Shown here: piece by piece, positions 59,334-64,000 of the stretch
Numbering within the stretch: position 1 is the first letter of the stretch
Layout: every line of letters begins with the position of its first letter
Assembly (NCBI GenBank): GCA_902578675.1
Contig: CACHDV010000001.1
Coordinates: 24,065-88,064, forward strand
DNA: 64,000 nucleotides
Direction of reading: 5' to 3'
DNA from: an uncultured Alphaproteobacteria bacterium
Lineage (GTDB): Bacteria > Pseudomonadota > Alphaproteobacteria > Thalassobaculales > Thalassobaculaceae
Position numbers and translations under genes: made by a program
Notes under the pieces: model-generated
Database searches by the model: none
Seen by the model: only the letters and a program-made list of their open reading frames with translations
What the model was told of the DNA's origin: nothing

Positions 59334-60641
59334 ATGACGACGTTTAGTCCAAGAGAAATAGTGTCGGAACTTGACAGATTTATCGTTGGCCAATCTGCGG
59401 CTAAAAGAGCGGTTGCGATAGCCTTACGTAACCGCTGGAGGAGACAGCAGTTAGAGGAGGCTGTTCGTGAGGAGGTACAACCCAAGAACATTCTGATGAT
59501 TGGACCAACTGGTGTTGGTAAAACAGAAATCGCACGACGTTTAGCTAAACTTGCCGATGCCCCCTTTATAAAAGTAGAAGCTACAAAGTTCACCGAAGTA
59601 GGATACGTTGGTCGAGATGTGGAGCAAATAATTCGTGATTTGGTAGAGAGCGCCATCAGTCAAACCAGAGAAAAAATGAGAAAGGAAGTTCAGGCAGCAG
59701 CTGAGTTAGCTGCTGAGAATAGAGTAATTGACGAGATAGCTGGAAAAGATGCCAGAGAAGAAACGCGCAAAAGCTTTCGGCAACGCCTTAGGACTGGTGA
59801 ACTTGATGCCAAAAATATCGAGATAGACGTTACCGATAATAGTTCTGGATTACCAACTTTCGATATACCAGGAATGCCAGGTTCGCAAATGGGAATGATA
59901 AACCTTAACGACATGCTAGGAAAAGCTATGGGAGGCAGAACAAAGAGACGGAAAATGACCGTGGCAGAGTCATACCTGGTTTTGCTAGATGAGGAGGCTG
60001 ACAAATTACTAGATGAGGATAAAATAGTAAGAACAGCCATCGAGGCAGTGGAGCAGAACGGGATTGTCTTTCTGGACGAAATAGACAAAATATGTGCCCG
60101 ATCCGAACGACAAAATATTGATGTATCTCGGGAAGGGGTGCAAAGGGATCTGCTGCCACTTATAGAGGGCACGACAGTAGCTACCAAACATGGGTCTGTG
60201 AAAACTGATTTTATACTTTTTATTGCGTCCGGTGCTTTTCATCTTGCTAAACCATCTGATCTTCTACCTGAGTTGCAAGGGAGACTACCAAATCGTGTGG
60301 AGCTTCAGGCCCTTTCCCGAAATGACTTTAAAAGGATACTGACTGAGCCTGAACATAGTTTAATAAAGCAATACAAAGCACTACTGGAAACTGAAGGTAT
60401 CACGTTAAACTTCCTAGACGAAGCAATAGAAACCCTGGCTAATTTAACTGTGGATGTTAATAGGTCCGTTGAAAATATCGGTGCCAGAAGGTTACATACA
60501 ATGATGGAGAAGCTTCTCGATGATATAAGTTTTTCCGCCTCTGACCTGGGAGACGAAGTAGTGACAATAGATAAGGATTATGTAGAAAAATATGTTGGTG
60601 ATTTTGCAAAGGATAATGATTTAAGCAAATTCATCCTTTGA
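59334..60641 (+). CDS. hslU: ATP-dependent protease ATPase subunit HslU
   Basis: [27 protein letters not shown] and FLDEIDKI motifs. Confidence 0.97.
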   Translation: MTTFSPREIVSELDRFIVGQSAAKRAVAIALRNRWRRQQLEEAVREEVQPKNILMIGPTGVGKTEIARRLAKLADAPFIKVEATKFTEVGYVGRDVEQIIRDLVESAISQTREKMRKEVQAAAELAAENRVIDEIAGKDAREETRKSFRQRLRTGELDAKNIEIDVTDNSSGLPTFDIPGMPGSQMGMINLNDMLGKAMGGRTKRRKMTVAESYLVLLDEEADKLLDEDKIVRTAIEAVEQNGIVFLDEIDKICARSERQNIDVSREGVQRDLLPLIEGTTVATKHGSVKTDFILFIASGAFHLAKPSDLLPELQGRLPNRVELQALSRNDFKRILTEPEHSLIKQYKALLETEGITLNFLDEAIETLANLTVDVNRSVENIGARRLHTMMEKLLDDISFSASDLGDEVVTIDKDYVEKYVGDFAKDNDLSKFIL

Positions 60642-60707
60642 TATGGGCACTATTTACTTTCAAAACCAACTTAAAACTTCTTTCCTTACAAGCAGATTTC
60701 CCCCTAG

Positions 60708-61292
60708 TTAATTTTTTCTCAGAAGGACATAAAGTGCTCCCCCACCGCCATGTTCTCTTTGCGAGGTTGTGAAAGCTAGCACTAAACTTCGCAAAGGCGA
60801 CTCGTCTAACCATTTAGGGACAATGCTTTTAAGGATACCTTCTCTTTTTCGATATCCTGCCACCTCATCTTGGCCCTTTGGTCGCCCCTTGCCTGTAATC
60901 ACCAAGAGATTTCTTTTTCTGTCGTCAAACGAAGTCTGGATAAATTCTATCAAGGCAGCATGAGCTTGACGCTGCGTCATTCCGTGAAGATCTAGTTTTC
61001 CTTGAATCGTAAACTTTCCTTTAGCGAGTTTAATTGCTGAAGATCTATCCAAACCAGGGGCCCTCCCCGGCATGAAATTTTTTAAAAAAAGTGGTTTCTG
61101 AGATGGCTTAGTTTTACTTTGGGTACTCAAATTTTTACGCGCTGTGATCTCAGTACGTTGAGGGATTTTAATGACTTCCTGACCCGAAGTACTGAAGGGC
61201 CCGGCATTTTCGATAGGTTTTACATCTGACAGCACCCTCTCGAATAAGAGCTTTTCTGCTTGCGAAATGCTGGTTTTTGAGTTTTTCGACAT
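60708..61292 (-). CDS. Smr domain-containing protein
   Basis: C-terminal Smr domain (LDLHGMTQRQAH...ITGKG). Confidence 0.8.
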   Translation of the reverse strand: MSKNSKTSISQAEKLLFERVLSDVKPIENAGPFSTSGQEVIKIPQRTEITARKNLSTQSKTKPSQKPLFLKNFMPGRAPGLDRSSAIKLAKGKFTIQGKLDLHGMTQRQAHAALIEFIQTSFDDRKRNLLVITGKGRPKGQDEVAGYRKREGILKSIVPKWLDESPLRSLVLAFTTSQREHGGGGALYVLLRKN

Positions 61293-61309
61293 AATAAAGC
61301 ACTCTTTTT

Positions 61310-62524
61310 TTACCTGCTTATAAAGTTTGGATTAATGCTTTTTGGATAAAAAACATACATACTTCCTTTTGCCTTCATTATTCCAGCTAACCGCTCTGCT
61401 GTTTTTCCAGATCCCCAGAAGACATCACCCCTTATAGGACCTTTTATAGCACCACCAGTGTCTTGCGCCACCATCAAGCGCTGAAGTTTTTTCCCTTCCT
61501 CATCCCTAAAATTAGCTGAAAGCCAGATGGGTGCGCCTAGCTTCGAGTACTGTCTATCTACCGCTAATGATCTTCCACTTGTGAGAACAACACCTTGTGC
61601 GCCTATCGGGCCCTCTTTTCCTTTTAGCTTCCGAAAAAAAACGTACGATGGGTTCATATTCATCACGTCTTTTTTCTTTCCTGGATTTTCTTTTAACCAC
61701 TTTTTTATCGACTGCATCGAAATATCTTCCTTCGGGATAGCGCCGATTTCTACTAAATATCGACCTATGGGATAATATTTCCGTCCATTCTTTCCAGCGT
61801 AGCCAAGTCTATATACTTCTCCATCTGGTAGCACGACGCGACCTGATCCTTGGATGTGCAGGAAAAACGCGTCTATTTCACTTTTTAACCAGACTATTGG
61901 TCTAATTTTCCCTTCTAAAGCGCCTTTAGAAATATCAGATCTTGAAAAATATGGCTTCAGCCTATGCCCAACTACCCTGCCAAGTATGCGAGAATTATCA
62001 AGCGAGTGTTTCCATTCGCCAAGGTTGACATGAACTAGATCGGTTGGTTTTGGGTAAATAGGTGTTTTATATTCTCGCGACAGCTTTAACGATCCATATA
62101 ATGTTGGCTCATAGTAACCTGTGAATAATCCCTCATCACTTCCAAGGTGTCTAATTTTGTACGCATTGAAGTTTCTTTTTAAAAACTCTCGAAAAGTATT
62201 TTCGTTGAAGGTGTTCGCTGTAATTTGATCGCAAGTCTTTTGCCAGCCCGGGTATCTTTTTAATGCCTCTTGCGACCTATTTTCTAGATTTGGCTTTTTC
62301 AAAAGCAAACGACACGATTTCCGTAATGCTGGAAGCGCATTTAGCACCCTGTCGTTGTTCCAACCTGGCAGCGACTCAATATCGGTATCCAAAAACACCA
62401 AGTCATCGCTCGGTCGTTTTCCCAGATCAATTTGACCGCAACCCGTCGCAACATAAAGCAAAGCAATAACAAAAAATTTATTCAATTTTCTACCGAAAAT
62501 TGGCCACCTGCTAATCACCGTCAC
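61310..62524 (-). CDS. mltA: Membrane-bound lytic murein transglycosylase A
   Basis: 404 aa with a lipoprotein-like N-terminus (ATGC), MltA-specific domain and 3D domain (LAVD..LGAP..DTGGAIKG). Confidence 0.88.
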   Translation of the reverse strand: MTVISRWPIFGRKLNKFFVIALLYVATGCGQIDLGKRPSDDLVFLDTDIESLPGWNNDRVLNALPALRKSCRLLLKKPNLENRSQEALKRYPGWQKTCDQITANTFNENTFREFLKRNFNAYKIRHLGSDEGLFTGYYEPTLYGSLKLSREYKTPIYPKPTDLVHVNLGEWKHSLDNSRILGRVVGHRLKPYFSRSDISKGALEGKIRPIVWLKSEIDAFFLHIQGSGRVVLPDGEVYRLGYAGKNGRKYYPIGRYLVEIGAIPKEDISMQSIKKWLKENPGKKKDVMNMNPSYVFFRKLKGKEGPIGAQGVVLTSGRSLAVDRQYSKLGAPIWLSANFRDEEGKKLQRLMVAQDTGGAIKGPIRGDVFWGSGKTAERLAGIMKAKGSMYVFYPKSINPNFISR

Positions 62525-63206
62525 TAGGTGTTTCCGTCCTAACTAAAGTCCAGTTAGGATTTTTGGATTTGATGTTACGATTGAATGTCCATAGGTCTGT
62601 CACTCTTTCTATTGTATCGGGGTCTCCGTCAACAACCTCGTCTTTGGCGTTTCGAGTTGATTTTATCTGATCAGTAACATATTCAACGGTTATATTAACT
62701 TGGTCGTGTTTTACGGTTACGTTGTGAATCTGTGCCGATTTTATCGACACAATATTGGTTTCTAAAGAGAGTTGATCGGCCTCGCGCTGCTCTATTGCCT
62801 GTTTAAACCCGTTAAACAGTGGTTCGCTCAGGAGTGGCTCCAGTTTATGAATTTCTCCCTTTGAAAACGCTACAACGATCCAAGAAAATGCCTCCTTTGA
62901 GCCCTTTATAAAGTCGGTGTCACTGAACGATGGATCTTTCTCGCGTAGCTCAGTCAGTCCCCCAAGTGTTTCTTCTTGTTCTTGTTCTTGGTTTTCGTTT
63001 TTATTTTTATTAGGCTTGATTGCAACTACGTTATCAGTTTCACTATGTTCTGCCCGTTGTTCAGGGTTTGGCTTTGATTCTGGTTCTTGATTATCTGAAC
63101 GACGGCCTAACGCTCGTCTCAATTGGAAAACCAAGTATCCCGCGAGCATTGCAAATATTATTATATCAAAAAATGCGAACCCATCGTTCATTGTTCTCTC
63201 AAGCAA
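62511..63206 (-). CDS. Tim44-like domain protein (N-terminal TM anchor)
   Basis: 231 aa with a TM helix, a charged linker and a C-terminal Tim44-like fold (DFIKGSKEAFSWIV...WTFNRN..NPNWTLV). Overlaps the mltA start by 14 nt. Confidence 0.8.
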   Translation of the reverse strand: MLERTMNDGFAFFDIIIFAMLAGYLVFQLRRALGRRSDNQEPESKPNPEQRAEHSETDNVVAIKPNKNKNENQEQEQEETLGGLTELREKDPSFSDTDFIKGSKEAFSWIVVAFSKGEIHKLEPLLSEPLFNGFKQAIEQREADQLSLETNIVSIKSAQIHNVTVKHDQVNITVEYVTDQIKSTRNAKDEVVDGDPDTIERVTDLWTFNRNIKSKNPNWTLVRTETPSDGD

Positions 63207-63396
63207 GCGGTGATTGCCGTCTTAGCCAGCCTCTCTTTGAATAATCTCGTTAACTATTTAAACTCATTTTTGAAAAAGTCTATGTTGAAGAGGTTTAACT
63301 CCTATTATAATGGTTTACACGTTTAAACATGATCAAATAGTACAAAAGTTCTCGGCTAGAATATACGTTTTTCAAAAGGAAATCCAAAAATCAATT

Positions 63397-63900
63397 ATGC
63401 GGAGTTTTTTTTTCATATTTTTGGTTTTTATTCTGACTGAAATACTTGTGATTATTGCTGTCTCAAACATACTTGGGTTTGGTATAACCTTTATCTTGCT
63501 AGTAACATCAACAGCATTAGGTATTTGGATGTGCCGTTCTGGTGATCTGCGATCGCTCAATCATGCCAAAATACATTACATACAAGGTGCGCCATTTGAA
63601 AATCGGGTGTTAAGAAGTGCGGGCATGCTAGTTTCCGGGTTTCTTTTGATTGTCCCCGGTTTTGTGACAAGTTTCATTGGTTTAGTTCTTTTAGTACCAG
63701 GCTTGAAAACTTTCATATTTCATAAAGTGCTTTGGTGTGTCTCAGAAAAACTTTTGCCTAAACACACTAAACATAATGCCGCTTTCTCTTATGATGAAAA
63801 TATCGGTACAGTGGTTGACGGAGAATATTACGAAACAACTACACAAAAGCACAAAGAGAGAAGCAATGAGCAAGCTCACAAAAACTTGGATAAGAGTTGA
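63397..63900 (+). CDS. fxsA: FxsA family membrane protein
   Basis: FIFLVFILTEILVIIAV N-terminus and LLIVPGFVTSFIGLVLLVP motif. ATG 63397 was chosen within the longer ORF that starts at 63310. Confidence 0.8.
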   Translation: MRSFFFIFLVFILTEILVIIAVSNILGFGITFILLVTSTALGIWMCRSGDLRSLNHAKIHYIQGAPFENRVLRSAGMLVSGFLLIVPGFVTSFIGLVLLVPGLKTFIFHKVLWCVSEKLLPKHTKHNAAFSYDENIGTVVDGEYYETTTQKHKERSNEQAHKNLDKS

Positions 63901-63909
63901 CACGTAATC

Positions 63910-64000
63910 ATGTTTTTGGTGCGGCATGGAGAATCAGAGTTTAATCAAGCCTTTCGAAAGACTAGGCGCGATCCTGGCATTATAGATCCACCATTAACAT
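63910..64000 (+). CDS. Histidine phosphatase (phosphoglycerate mutase-like) family protein, 5' fragment cut by the window end
   Basis: Hand translation gives MFLVRHGESEFNQAFRK, carrying the canonical RHGE motif. The ATG lies 9 nt after the fxsA stop. Confidence 0.7.
   Translation, partial: MFLVRHGESEFNQAFRKTRRDPGIIDPPLT

Noticed and set aside
63402-63410. T9 homopolymer directly after the fxsA start codon (codons 3-5, MRSFFF). Other 8-9 nt A/T runs lie in dapB (~41464), ampG (~37786), the hemW 3' end (~50436) and the hisF-hisE junction (~55284).
   Set aside because: Runs of this length are unremarkable in an AT-leaning genome. All reading frames are intact and nothing suggests phase variation.
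1-64000. Looked for tRNA T-loop/acceptor patterns, rRNA, CRISPR repeat-spacer periodicity, IS inverted repeats or transposases, integrases, phage genes, toxin-antitoxin pairs and defence-system hallmarks.
   Set aside because: None was found by eye. Every spacer longer than 100 nt (14 of them) was read on both strands, and all long ORFs have housekeeping assignments. Covariance-model and HMM scans would be needed to exclude small RNAs definitively.

Overview
This 64-kb window reads as densely packed core chromosome of an AT-leaning alphaproteobacterium. By my hand tally it is roughly 93% coding, with 67 protein genes. The taxonomic call rests on several synteny blocks typical of the class: hrcA divergent from rph-rdgB-hemW; dapF-mtaB-ftsY; argD-argF-hslO; hisB-hisH-hisA-hisF-hisE next to hslVU; smr-mltA-Tim44-like next to fxsA; and the ffh-rpsP-rimM-trmD-rplS string. 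Gene order along the window is: cobT <> cobS-cobC-SCO1; orphan 89-aa ORF; mutS <> maeB; yqgE <> ScsB/DsbD-like reductase, Prx5-type peroxiredoxin; recX <> long-form dCTP deaminase; argD-argF-hslO-lipoprotein-pdxY; asd; leuB; leuD; leuC; rplS-trmD-rimM-rpsP-ffh; Ldh_2 oxidoreductase <> dapF-mtaB-ftsY-gentisate dioxygenase-xthA; denD-otnI <> otnK (four-carbon acid-sugar catabolism); ampG-pfkB kinase; EI24/CysZ-like-lipoprotein-DUF2244; dapB; padR; dnaJ-dnaK; grpE-hrcA <> rph-rdgB-hemW; LpoA-like <> rsmI-BON lipoprotein-gshB; HIT-hisE-hisF-hisA-GNAT-hisH-hisB <> hslV-hslU; smr-mltA-Tim44-like <> fxsA-histidine phosphatase (truncated by the window end). I found no rRNA, tRNA, CRISPR array, transposase, integrase, prophage or recognisable defence, toxin or secretion module. 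No riboswitch-sized conserved leader was recognisable by eye. I see no convincing previously undescribed system here. The best leads for uncharacterised biology are modest. (1) A translationally coupled trio of envelope proteins of unknown function (EI24-like, lipoprotein, DUF2244). (2) A GNAT acetyltransferase embedded with 3- and 9-nt spacers inside the his operon. (3) A PfkB kinase coupled to the AmpG muropeptide permease. (4) An erythronate/threonate-type cluster lacking its decarboxylase, plus an orphan gentisate dioxygenase. (5) A statistically unexpected perfect 20-bp palindrome after dapF. (6) A 15-bp tandem repeat building the Ala/Glu/Pro tail of ribosomal protein S16. All protein calls come from motif and family recognition on the supplied translations, and no database search was run. 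Start codons were adjusted by eye where an in-frame ATG with a Shine-Dalgarno-like sequence looked better than the longest ORF.
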